From NCBI RefSeq assembly GCF_009914755.1, contig NC_060944.1: a DNA stretch of 64,000 nucleotides. One strand, given 5' to 3'. Made by a program: the position numbers and the translations under genes. Source of the DNA: the human T2T-CHM13v2.0 reference genome, Homo sapiens. Shown here piece after piece: positions 1 to 11,700 of the stretch. Below the pieces are notes generated by a model. That model was given only the letters and a program-made list of their open reading frames with translations, did no database searches and was not told the origin of the DNA. Every line of letters begins with the position of its first letter. Within the stretch, counting starts at the first letter, position 1.

Positions 1-328
1 GGGTATGTCTTCAGATAAACTCTAGACAGAAGCATTCTCAGAAACTTCTTTGGGATGTTGCATTCAAGTCACAGAGTAGAACATTCCCATTCATAGAGCA
101 GATTTGAAACACTCTTTTTGTAGTATCTGGAAGTGGACATTTGGAGCGCTTTCAGGCCTATGTTGAAAAAGGAAATATCTTCCCATAAAAACTAGACGGA
201 AGCATTCTCAGAAACTTACTTGTGATGTGTTTCCGCAACTAACAGAATTGAACCATCGTTTTGAAGGAGCAGTTTTGAAACACTGTTTTCGTGGAATCTG
301 CAAGTGGATATTTGGCTAGCTTTGAGGA

Positions 329-345
329 TTTCGTTGGAAACGGGA
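329..345 (+). promoter_or_regulatory. CENP-B box, canonical (site 1 of 8 per HOR)
   Basis: TTTCGTTGGAAACGGGA matches the NTTCGNNNNANNCGGGN core; repeated every HOR. Confidence 0.97.
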
Positions 346-495
346 TTACATATAAAAAGGAGACAGCAGCATTCTCAGAAACTTCTTTGTGATGTCTGCA
401 TTCAAGTCACAGAGTTGAGCATTCCCTTTCATAGAGCAGGTTGGAAACACTCTTTTTGTAGTATCTGGATGAGGACATTTGGAGCGCTTTCAGGC

Positions 496-512
496 CTATG
501 GTGAAAAAGGAA
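496..512 (+). promoter_or_regulatory. pJalpha (A-box) motif of an A-type monomer
   Basis: CTATGGTGAAAAAGGAA matches CTAYGGTGRAAAAGGAA at the position equivalent to the CENP-B box in alternate monomers. A second exact copy is at 1514-1530. Confidence 0.8.
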
Positions 513-666
513 ATATCTTCCCGTAAAAACTAGACAGAAGCATTCTCAGAAATTTATTTGTGATGTGTGCCCTCAACTAACAGAGTTGAACCTTTCTTTT
601 GATAGAGCAGTTTTGAAACACTCTTTTTCTAAAATCTGCAAGAGGATATTTGGATAGCTTTGAGGA

Positions 667-683
667 TTTCGTTGCAAACGGGA
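667..683 (+). promoter_or_regulatory. CENP-B box variant with intact core (site 2)
   Basis: TTTCGTTGCAAACGGGA: the G>C change is at non-core position 9. This site is inactivated in most copies between 17 and 39 kb. Confidence 0.85.
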
Positions 684-1008
684 ATGGCTTCATATAAAGT
701 CTAGACAGAAGCATTCTCAGAAACTTCGTTGGGATGTTTCGATTGAAGTCCCAGTGTTGAACATTCCCTTTTATAGAGCAGGTTGGAAACACTCTTTCTG
801 CATTCCCTGGAAGTGGACATTTGGAGCGCTTTCAGGACGACGGTGAAAATGGAAATATCTTCCAATAAAATCTAGATAGAAGCAATGTAAGAAACTTTTC
901 TGTGATGGATCTACTCAGCTACCAGAGTTGAACCTTTCTTTTGAGAGAGCAGTTTTGCAACACTCTTTTTGTGGAATATGCAAGTGGATATTAGGGCAGC
1001 TTGGAGGA

Positions 1009-1025
1009 TTTCGTTGGAAACGGGA
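1009..1025 (+). promoter_or_regulatory. CENP-B box, canonical (site 3)
   Basis: TTTCGTTGGAAACGGGA. Confidence 0.95.
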
Positions 1026-1346
1026 ATACATGTAAAAAGCAGACAGCAGCATTCTCAGAAACTTCTTTGTGATGTTTGCATTGAAGTCACAGAGTTGAAC
1101 ATTCCCTTTGAGAGAGCAGGTTTGAAACACGCCTTTTGTCATATCTGGAAGTGTCCATTCGGAGCGCATTCAGGCTTGTGTTGAAAAAGGAAATATCCTC
1201 CCATAAAAACTAGACAGAAGCATTCTCAGAAACTTATTTGTGATGTATGTACTCAACTAACAGAACTAAACCATCGTTTTGAAGGAGCAGTTTTGAAACA
1301 CTCTTTTTGCGGAATCTGCAAGTGGATATTTGGCTAGCTTGGAGGA

Positions 1347-1363
1347 TTGCGTTGGAAACGGGA
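1347..1363 (+). promoter_or_regulatory. CENP-B box with core mutation (site 4; TTGCG in HOR copies 1-3, canonical in most later copies)
   Basis: TTGCGTTGGAAACGGGA here and at 4064 and 6783. Confidence 0.85.
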
Positions 1364-1684
1364 TTACATACAAAAAGCAGACAGCAGCATTCTCAGAAAC
1401 TTCTTTGTGATGTTTGCATTCAAGTCACAGAGTTGAACATTCCCTTTCATAGAGCAGGTTTGAAACACTCTTTTTGTAGTATCTGGATGTGGACATTTGG
1501 ATCGCTTTCAGGCCTATGGTGAAAAAGGAAATATCTTCCCTTGAAAACTAGACAGAAGCATTCTCAGAAACTTATTTGTGATGTGTGCCCTCAACTGACA
1601 GTGTTGAACCTTTGTTTTGATAGAGCAGTTCTGAAACACACTTTTTGTAAAATCTGCAAGAGGATATTTGGATAGCTTTGAGGA

Positions 1685-1701
1685 TTTCGTTGGAAACGGG
1701 A
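1685..1701 (+). promoter_or_regulatory. CENP-B box, canonical (site 5)
   Basis: TTTCGTTGGAAACGGGA. Confidence 0.95.
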
Positions 1702-2024
1702 ATGTCTTCATGTAAACTCTAGACAGAAGCATTCTCAGAAACTGCTTTGGGATGTTTCAATTGAAGTCCCAGTGTTGAACATTCCCTTTCATAGTGCAGG
1801 TTTGAAACACTCTTTTTGTAGTATCTGGAAGTGGACATTTGGAGCGCTTTCAGGTCTACGGTGAAAAAGGAGATATCTTCCAATAAAAACTAGATAGAAG
1901 CAATGTCAGAACTTTTTTCATGATGTATCTACTCAGCAAACAGAGTTGAACCTTTCTTTTGAGAGAGCAGTTTTGAAACACTCTTTTTGTGGAATATGCA
2001 AGTGGTATTAGCCAGCTTGGAGGA

Positions 2025-2041
2025 TTTCGTTGGAAACGGGA
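2025..2041 (+). promoter_or_regulatory. CENP-B box, canonical (site 6)
   Basis: TTTCGTTGGAAACGGGA. Confidence 0.95.
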
Positions 2042-2362
2042 ATACGTATAAAAAGCAGACAGCAGCATTGTCAGAAACTCCTTTGTGATGTTTGCATTCA
2101 AGTCACAGAATTGAACACTCCCTTTCACAGAGCAGGTTTGAAACACTCTTTTTGTAGTGTCTGTAAGTGAACATTTGGATTGCTTTCAGGCCTAAGGTGA
2201 AAAAGGAAATATCTTCCCATAAAAACTAGACAGAAGCATTCTCAGAAACTTGTTTGTGATGTGTGCCCTCTACTGACAGAGTTGAACCTTTCTTTGCAAA
2301 GAGCAGTTTTGAAACACTCTTTTTGTAGAATCTGCAAGAGGATATTTGGATAGCTTTGAGGA

Positions 2363-2379
2363 TTTCTTGGGAAACGGGA
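2363..2379 (+). promoter_or_regulatory. Degenerate CENP-B box (site 7), fixed in every HOR copy read
   Basis: TTTCTTGGGAAACGGGA lacks the core TTCG. Confidence 0.88.
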
Positions 2380-2704
2380 ATGTCTTCAGATAAACTCTAG
2401 ACAGAAGCATTCTCAGAAACTTCTTTGGGATGTTTCAATTGAAGTCACAGTGTTGAACATTCCCTTTCACAGAGCAGGTTTGAAACACTCTTTTTGTAGT
2501 GTCTATAAGTGAACATTTGGCGTGCTTTCAGGCCTAACGTGAAAAAGGAAATATCTTCCCATAAAAACTAGACAGAAGCATTCTCAGAAACTTGTTTGTG
2601 ATATGTGCCCTCTACTGACAGAGTTGAACCTTTCTTTGCAAAGAGCAGCTTTGAAACACTCTTTTTGTAGAATCTGCAAGAGGATATTTGGATAGCTTTG
2701 AGGA

Positions 2705-2721
2705 TTTCGTTGGAAACGGGT
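2705..2721 (+). promoter_or_regulatory. CENP-B box with intact core (site 8)
   Basis: TTTCGTTGGAAACGGGT; only non-core position 17 differs. Confidence 0.9.
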
Positions 2722-5700
2722 ATGTCTTCAGATAAACTCTAGACAGAAGCATTCTCAGAAACTTCTTTGGGATGTTGCATTCAAGTCACAGAGTAGAACA
2801 TTCCCATTCATAGAGCAGATTTGAAACACTCTTTTTGTAGTATCTGGAAGTGGACATTTGGAGCGCTTTCAGGCCTATGTTGAAAAAGGAAATATCTTCC
2901 CATAAAAACTAGACGGAAGCATTCTCAGAAACTTACTTGGGATGTGTTTCCTCAACTAACAGAATTGAACCATCGTTTTGAAGGAGCAGTTTTGAAACAC
3001 TGTTTTCGTGGAATCTGCAAGTGGATATTTGGCTAGCTTTGAGGATTTCGTTGGAAACGGGATTACATATAAAAAGGAGACAGCAGCATTCTCAGAAACT
3101 TCTTTGTGATGTCTGCATTCAAGTCACAGAGTTGAGCATTCCCTTTCATAGAGCAGGTTGGAAACACTCTTTTTGTAGTATCTGGATGAGGACATTTGGA
3201 GCGCTTTCAGGCGTATGGTGAAAAAGGAAATATCTTCCCGTAAAAACTAGACAGAAGCATTCTCAGAAATTTATTTGTGATGTGTGCCCTCAACTAACAG
3301 AGTTGAACCTTTCTTTTGATAGAGCAGTTTTGAAACACTCTTTTTGTAAAATCTGCAAGAGGATATTTGGATAGCTTTGAGGATTTCGTTGCAAACGGGA
3401 ATGGCTTCATATAAAGTCTAGACAGAAGCATTCTCAGAAACTTCGTTGGGATGTTTCGATTGAAGTCCCAGTGTTGAACATTCCCTTTTATAGAGCAGGT
3501 TGGAAACACTCTTTCTGCATTCCCTGGAAGTGGACATTTGGAGGGCTTTCAGGACGACGGTGAAAATGGAAATATCTTCCAATAAAATCTAGATAGAAGC
3601 AATGTAAGAAACTTTTCTGTGATGGATCTACTCAGCTACCAGAGTTGAACCTTTCTTTTGAGAGAGCAGTTTTGCAACACTCTTTTTGTGGAATATGCAA
3701 GTGGATATTAGGGCAGCTTTGAGGATTTCGTTGGAAACGGGAATACATGTAAAAAGCAGACAGCAGCATTCTCAGAAACCTCTTTGTGATGTTTGCATTG
3801 AAGTCACAGAGTTGAACATTCCCTTTGAGAGAGCAGGTTTGAAACACGCCTTTTGTCATATCTGGAAGTGTCCATTCGGAGCGCATTCAGGCTTGTGTTG
3901 AAAAAGGAAATATCCTCCCATAAAAACTAGACGGAAGCATTCTCAGAAACTTATTTGTGATGCATGTACTCAACTAACAGAACTAAACCATCGTTTTGAA
4001 GGAGCAGTTTTGAAACACTCTTTTTGCGGAATCTGCAAGTGGATATTTGGCTAGCTTGGAGGATTGCGTTGGAAACGGGATTACATACAAAAAGCAGACA
4101 GCAGCATTCTCAGAAACTTCTTTGTGATGTTTGCATTCAAGTCACAGAGTTGAACATTCCCTTTCATAGAGCAGGTTTGAAACACTCTTTTTGTAGTATC
4201 TGGATGTGGACATTTGGATCGCTTTCAGGCCTATGGTGAAAAAGGAAATATCTTCCCTTGAAAACTAGACAGAAGCATTCTCAGAAACTTATTTGTGATG
4301 TGTGCCCTCAACTGACAGTGTTGAATCTTTGTTTTGATAGAGCAGTTCTGAAACACACTTTTTGTAAAATCTGCAAGAGGATATTTGGATAGCTTTGAGG
4401 ATTTCGTTGGAAACGGGAATGTCTTCATGTAAACTCTAGACAGAAGCATTCTCAGAAACTGCTTTGGGATGTTTCAATTGAAGTCCCAGCGTTGAACATT
4501 CCATTTCATAGTGCAGGTTTGAAACACTCTTTTTGTAGTATCTGGAAGTGGACATTTGGAGCGCTTTCAGGTCTACGGTGAAAAAGGAGATATCTTCCAA
4601 TAAAAACTAGATAGAAGCAATGTCAGAACTTTTTTCATGATGTATCTACTCAGCAAACAGAGTTGAACCTTTCTTTTGAGAGAGCAGTTTTGAAACACTC
4701 TTTTTGTGGAATATGCAAGTGGGTATTAGGCCAGCTTGGAGGATTTCGTTGGAAACGGGAATACGTATAAAAAGCAGACAGCAGCATTGTCAGAAACTCC
4801 TTTGTGATGTTTGCATTCAAGTCACAGAATTGAACACTCCCTTTCACAGAGCAGGTTTGAAACACTCTTTTTGTAGTGTCTGTAAGTGAACATTTGGATT
4901 GCTTTCAGGCCTAAGGTGAAAAAGGAAATATCTTCCCATAAAAACTAGACAGAAGCATTCTCAGAAACTTGTTTGTGATGTGTGCCCTCTACTGACAGAG
5001 TTGAACCTTTCTTTGCAAAGAGCAGCTTTGAAACACTCTTTTTGTAGAATCTGCAAGAGGATATTTGGATAGCTTTGAGGATTTCTTGGGAAACGGGAAT
5101 GTCTTCAGATAAACTCTAGACAGAAGCATTCTCAGAAACTTCTTTGGGATGTTTCAATTGAAGTCACAGTGTTGAACATTCCCTTTCACAGAGCAGGTTT
5201 GAAACACTCTTTTTGTAGTGTCTATAAGTGAACATTTGGCGTGCTTTCAGGCCTAACGTGAAAAAGGAACTATCTTCCCATAAAAACTAGACAGAAGCAT
5301 TCTCAGAAACTTGTTTGTGATGTGTGCCCTCTACTGACAGAGTTGAACCTTTCTTTGCAAAGAGCAGCTTTGGAACACTCTTTTTGTAGAATCTGCAAGA
5401 GGATATTTGGATAGCTTTGAGGATTTCGTTGGAAACGGGAATGTCTTCAGATAAACTCTAGACAGAAGCATTCTCAGAAACTTCTTTGGGATGTTGCATT
5501 CAAGTCACAGAGTAGAACATTCCCATTCATAGAGCAGATTTGAAACACTCTTTTTGTAGTATCTGGAAGTGGACATTTGGAGCGCTTTCAGGCCTATGTT
5601 GAAAAAGGAAATATCTTCCCATAAAAACTAGACGGAAGCATTCTCAGAAACTTACTTGTGATGTGTTTGCTCAACTAACAGAATTGAACCATCGTTTTGA

Positions 5701-8700
5701 AGGAGCAGTTTTGAAACACTGTTTTCGTGGTATCTGCAAGTGGATATTTGGCTAGCTTTGAGGATTTCGTTGGAAACGGGATTACATATAAAAAGGAGAC
5801 AGCAGCATTCTCAGAAACTTCTTTGTGATGTCTGCATTCAAGTCACAGAGTTGAGCATTCCCTTTCATAGAGCAGGTTGGAAACACTCTTTTTGTAGTAT
5901 CTGGATGAGGACATTTGGAGCGCTTTCAGGCGTATGGTGAAAAAGGAAATATCTTCCCGTAAAAACTAGACAGAAGCATTCTCAGAAATTTATTTGTGAT
6001 GTGTGCCCTCAACTAACAGAGTTGAACCTTTCTTTTGATAGAGCAGTTTTGAAACACTCTTTTTGTAAAATCTGCAAGAGGATATTTGGATAGCTTTGAG
6101 GATTTCGTTGCAAACGGGAATGGCTTCATATAAAGTCTAGACAGAAGCATTCTCAGAAACTTCGTTGGGATGTTTCGATTGAAGTCCCAGTGTTGAACAT
6201 TCCCTTTTATAGAGCAGGTTGGAAACACTCTTTCTGCATTCCCTGGAAGTGGACATTTGGAGCGCTTTCAGGACGACGGTGAAAATGGAAATATCTTCCA
6301 ATAAAATCTAGATAGAAGCAATGTAAGAAACTTTTCTGTGATGGATCTACTCAGCTACCAGAGTTGAACCTTTCTTTTGAGAGAGCAGTTTTGCAACACT
6401 CTTTTTGTGGAATATGCAAGTGGATATTAGGGCAGCTTTGAGGATTTCGTTGGAAACGGGAATACACGTAAAAAGCAGACAGCAGTATTCTCAGAAACTT
6501 CTTTGTGATGTTTGCATTGAAGTCACAGAGTTGAACATTCCCTTTGAGAGAGCAGGTTTGAAACACGCCTTTTGTCATATCTGGAAGTGTCCATTCGGAG
6601 CGCATTCAGGCTTGTGTTGAAAAAGGAAATATCCTCCCATAAAAACTAGACAGAAGCATTCTCAGAAACTTATTTGTGATGTATGTACTCAACTAACAGA
6701 ACTAAACCATCGTTTTGAAGGAGCAGTTTTGAAACACTCTTTTTGCGGAATCTGCAAGTGGATATTTGGCTAGCTTGGAGGATTGCGTTGGAAACGGGAT
6801 TACATACAAAAAGCAGACAGCAGCATTCTCAGAAACTTCTTTGTGATGTTTGCATTCAAGTCACAGAGTTGAACATTCCCTTTCATAGAGCAGGTTTGAA
6901 ACACTCTTTTTGTAGTATCTGGATGTGGACATTTGGATCGCTTTCAGGCCTATGGTGAAAAAGGAAATATCTTCCCATGAAAACTAGACAGAAGCATTCT
7001 CAGAAACTTATTTGTGATGTGTGCCCTCAACTGACAGTGTTGAACCTTTGTTTTGATAGAGCAGTTCTGAAACACACTTTTTGTAAAATCTGCAAGAGGA
7101 TATTTGGATAGCTTTGAGGATTTCGTTGGAAACGGGAATGTCTTCATGTAAACTCTAGACAGAAGCATTTTCAGAAACTGCTTTGGGATGTTTCAATTGA
7201 AGTCCCAGTGTTGAACATTCCCTTTCATAGAGCAAGTTTGAAACACTCTTTTTGTACTATCTGGAAGTGGACATTTGGAGCGCTTTCAGGTCTACGGTGA
7301 AAAAGGAGATATCTTCCAATAAAAACTAGATAGAAGCAATGTCAGAACTTTTTTCATGATGTATCTACTCAGCAAACAGAGTTGAACCTTTCTTTTGAGA
7401 GAGCAGTTTTGAAACACTCTTTTTGTGGAATATGCAAGTGGGTATTAGGCCAGCTTGGAGGATTTCGTTGGAAACGGGAATACGTATAAAAAGCAGACAG
7501 CAGCATTGTCAGAAACTACTTTGTGATGTTTGCATTCAAGTCACAGAATTGAACACTCCCTTTCACAGAGCAGGTTTGAAACACTCTTTTTGTAGTGTCT
7601 ATAAGTGAACACTTGGCGTGCTTTCAGGCCTAACGTGAAAAAGGAACTATCTTCCCATAAAAACTAGACAGAAGCATTCTCAGAAACTTGTTTGTGATGT
7701 GTGCCCTCTACTGACAGAGTTGAACCTTTCTTTGCAAAGAGCAGCTTTGAAACACTCTTTTTGTAGAATCTGCAAGAGGATATTTGGATAGCTTTGAGGA
7801 TTTCTTGGGAAACGGGAATGTCTTCAGATAAACTCTAGACAGAAGCATTCTCAGAAACTTCTTTGGGATGTTTCAATTGAAGTCACAGTGTTGAACATTC
7901 CCTTTCACAGAGCAGGTTTGAAACACTCTTTTTGTAGTGTCTATAAGTGAACATTTGGCGTGCTTTCAGGCCTAACGTGAAAAAGGAACTATCTTCCCAT
8001 AAAAACTAGACAGAAGCATTCTCAGAAACTTGTTTGTGATGTGTGCCCTCTACTGACAGAGTTGAACCTTTCTTTGCAAAGAGCAGCTTTGGAACACTCT
8101 TTTTGTAGAATCTGCAAGAGGATATTTGGATAGCTTGGAGGATTTCGTTGGAAACGGGAATGTCTTCAGATAAACTCTAGACAGAAGCATTCTCAGAAAC
8201 TTCTTTGGGATGTTGCATTCAAGTCACAGAGTAGAACATTCCCATTCATAGAGCAGATTTGAAACACTCTTTTTGTAGTATCTGGAAGTGGACATTTGGA
8301 GCGCTTTCAGGCCTATGTTGAAAAAGGAAATATCTTCCCATAAAAACTAGACGGAAGCATTCTCAGAAACTTACTTGTGATGTGTTTGCTCAACTAACAG
8401 AATTGAACCATCGTTTTGAAGGAGCAGTTTTGAAACACTGTTTTCGTGGTATCTGCAAGTGGATATTTGGCTAGCTTTGAGGATTTCGTTGGAAACGGGA
8501 TTACATATAAAAAGGAGACAGCAGCATTCTCAGAAACTTCTTTGTGATGTCTGCATTCAATAAACAGAGTTGAGCATTCCCTTTCATAGAGCAGGTTGGA
8601 AACACTCTTTTTGTAGTATCTGGATGAGGACATTTGGAGCGCTTTCAGGCCTATGGTGAAAAAGGAAATATCTTCCCGTAAAAACTAGACAGAAGCATTC

Positions 8701-11700
8701 TCAGAAATTTATTTGTGATGTGTGCCCTCAACTAACAGAGTTGAACCTTTCTTTTGATAGAGCAGTTTTGAAACACTCTTTTTGTAAAATCTGCAAGAGG
8801 ATATTTGGATAGCTTTGAGGATTTCGTTGCAAACGGGAATGGCTTCATATAAAGTCTAGACAGAAGCATTCTCAGAAACTTCGTTGGGATGTTTCGATTG
8901 AAGTCCCAGTGTTGAACATTCCCTTTCATAGAGCAGGTTGGAAACACTCTTTCTGCATTCCCTGGAAGTGGACATTTGGAGCGCTTTCAGGACGACGGTG
9001 AAAATGGAAATATCTTCCAATAAAATCTAGATAGAAGCAATGTCAGAAACCTTTCTGTGATGGATCTACTCAGCTAACAGAGTTGAACCTTTCTTTTGAG
9101 AGAGCAGTTTTGCAACACTCTTTTTGTGGAATATGCAAGTGGATATTAGGGCAGCTTTGAGGATTTCGTTGGAAACGGGAATACATGTAAAAAGCAGACA
9201 GCAGCATTCTCAGAAACTTCTTTGTGATGTTTGCATTGAAGTCACAGAGTTGAACATTCCCTTAGAGAGAGCAGGTTTGAAACACGCCTTTTGTCATATC
9301 TGGAAGTGTCCATTCGGAGCGCATTCAGGCTTGTGTTGAAAAAGGAAATATCCTCCCATAAAAACTAGACAGAAGCATTCTCAGAAACTTATTTGTGATG
9401 TATGAACTCAACTAACAGAACTAAACCATCGTTTCGAAGGAGCAGTTTTGAAACACTCTTTTTGCGGAATCTGCAACTGGATATTTGGCTAGCTTGGAGG
9501 ATTTCGTTGGAAACGTGATTACATACAAAAAGCAGACAGCAGCCTTCTCAGAAACTTCTTTGTGATGTTTGCATTCAAGTCACAGAGTTGAACATTCCCT
9601 TTCATAGAGCAGGTTTGAAACACTCTTTTTGTAGTATCTGGATGTGGACATTTGGATCGCTTTCAGGCCTATGGTGAAAAAGGAAATATCTTCCCATGAA
9701 AACTAGACAGAAGCATTCTCAGAAACTTATTTGTGATGTGTGCCCTCAACTGACAGTGTTGAACCTTTGTTTTGATAGAGCAGTTCTGAAACACACTTTT
9801 TGTAAAATCTGCAAGAGGATATTTGGATAGCTTTGAGGATTTCGTTGGAAACGGGAATGTCTTCATGTAAACTCTAGACAGAAGCATTCTCAGAAACTGC
9901 TTTGGGATGTTTCAATTGAAGTCCCAGTGTTGAACATTCCCTTTCATAGAGCAGGTTTGAAACACTCTTTTTGTACTATCTGGAAGTGGACATTTGGAGC
10001 GCTTTCAGGTCTACGGTGAAAAAGGAGATATCTTCCAATAAAAACTAGATAGAAGCAATGTCAGAACTTTTTTCATGATGTATCTACTCAGCAAACAGAG
10101 TTGAACCTTTCTTTTGAGAGAGCAGTTTTGAAACACTCTTTTTGTGGAATATGCAAGTGGGTATTAGGCCAGCTTGGAGGATTTCGTTGGAAACGGGAAT
10201 ACGTATAAAAAGCAGACAGCAGCATTGTCAGAAACTACTTTGTGATGTTTGCATTCAAGTCACAGAATTGAACACTCCCTTTCACAGAGCAGGTTTGAAA
10301 CACTCTTTTTGTAGTGTCGGTAAGTGAACATTTGGATTGCTTTCAGGCCTAAGGTGAAAAAGGAAATATCTTCCCATAAAAACTAGACAGAAGCATTCTC
10401 AGAAACTTGTTTGTGATGTGTGCCCTCTACTGACAGAGTTGAACCTTTCTTTGCAAAGAGCAGGTTTGAAACACTCTTTTTGTAGAATCTGCAAGAGGAT
10501 ATTTGGATAGCTTTGAGGATTTCTTGGGAAACGGGAATGTCTTCAGATAAACTCTAGACAGAAGCATTCTCAGAAACTTCTTTGGGATGTTTCAATTGAA
10601 GTCACAGTGTTGAACATTCCCTTTCACAGAGCAGGTTTGAAACACTCTTTTTGTAGTGTCTATAAGTGAACATTTGGCGTGCTTTCAGGCCTAACATGAA
10701 AAAGGAACTATCTTCCCATAAAAACTAGACAGAAGCATTCTCAGAAACTTGTTTGTGATGTGTGCCCTCTACTGACAGAGTTGAACCTTTCTTTGCAAAG
10801 AGCAGCTTTGGACCACTCTTTTTGTAGAATCTGCAAGAGGATATTTGGATAGCTTTGAGGATTTCGTTGGAAACGGGTATGTCTTCAGATAAACTCTAGA
10901 CAGAAGCATTCTCAGAAACTTCTTTGGGATGTTGCATTCAAGTCACAGAGTAGAACATTCCCATTCATAGAGCAGATTTGAAACACTCTTTTTGTAGTAT
11001 CTGGAAGTGGACATTTGGAGCGCTTTCAGGCCTATGTTGAAAAAGGAAATATCTTCCCATAAAAACTAGACGGAAGCATTCTCTGAAACTTACTTGTGAT
11101 GTGTTTGCTCAACTAACAGAATTGAACCATCGTTTTGAAGGAGCAGTTTTGAAACACTGTTTTCGTGGAATCTGCAAGTGGATATTTGGCTAGCTTTGAG
11201 GATTTCGTTGGAAACGGGATTACATATAAAAAGGAGACAGCAGCATTCTCAGAAACTTCTTTGTGATGTCTGCATTCAAGTCACAGAGTTGAGCATTCCC
11301 TTTCATAGAGCAGGTTGGAAACACTCTTTTTGTAGTATCTGGATGAGGACATTTGGAGCGCTTTCAGGCGTATGGTGAAAAAGGAAATATCTTCCCGTAA
11401 AAACTAGACAGAAGCATTCTCAGAAATTTATTTGTGATGTGTGCCCTCAACTAACAGAGTTGAACCTTTCTTTTGATAGAGCAGTTTTGAAACACTCTTT
11501 TTGTAAAATCTGCAAGAGGATATTTGGATAGCTTTGAGGATTTCGTTGCAAACGGGAATGGCTTCATATAAACTCTAGACGGAAGCATTCTCAGAAACTT
11601 CGTTGAGATGTTTCGATTGAAGTCCCAGTGTTGAACATTCTCTTTCATAGAGCAGGTTGGAAACACTCTTTCTGCATTCCCTGGAAGGGGACATTTGGAG

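Larger units (their letters stand above)
1..2717 (+). repeat. First HOR copy (16 monomers, arbitrary phase; 2 bp shorter than the 2719-bp norm)
   Basis: The window start GGGTATGTCTTCAGATAAACTCTAGAC recurs at 2718. Eight box-site positions lie at 329, 667, 1009, 1347, 1685, 2025, 2363 and 2705. Confidence 0.97.

Noticed and set aside
537-556. GAA/TTC alternation and the TTCTCAGAA mini-dyad, resembling a heat-shock element or STAT site
   Set aside because: This is a generic part of the alphoid consensus. The spacing does not fit a canonical nGAAn array, and the sequence alone gives no functional support.
991-996. TTAGGG telomere hexamer once per HOR
   Set aside because: It is a single isolated hexamer arising from monomer divergence, not a telomeric tract.
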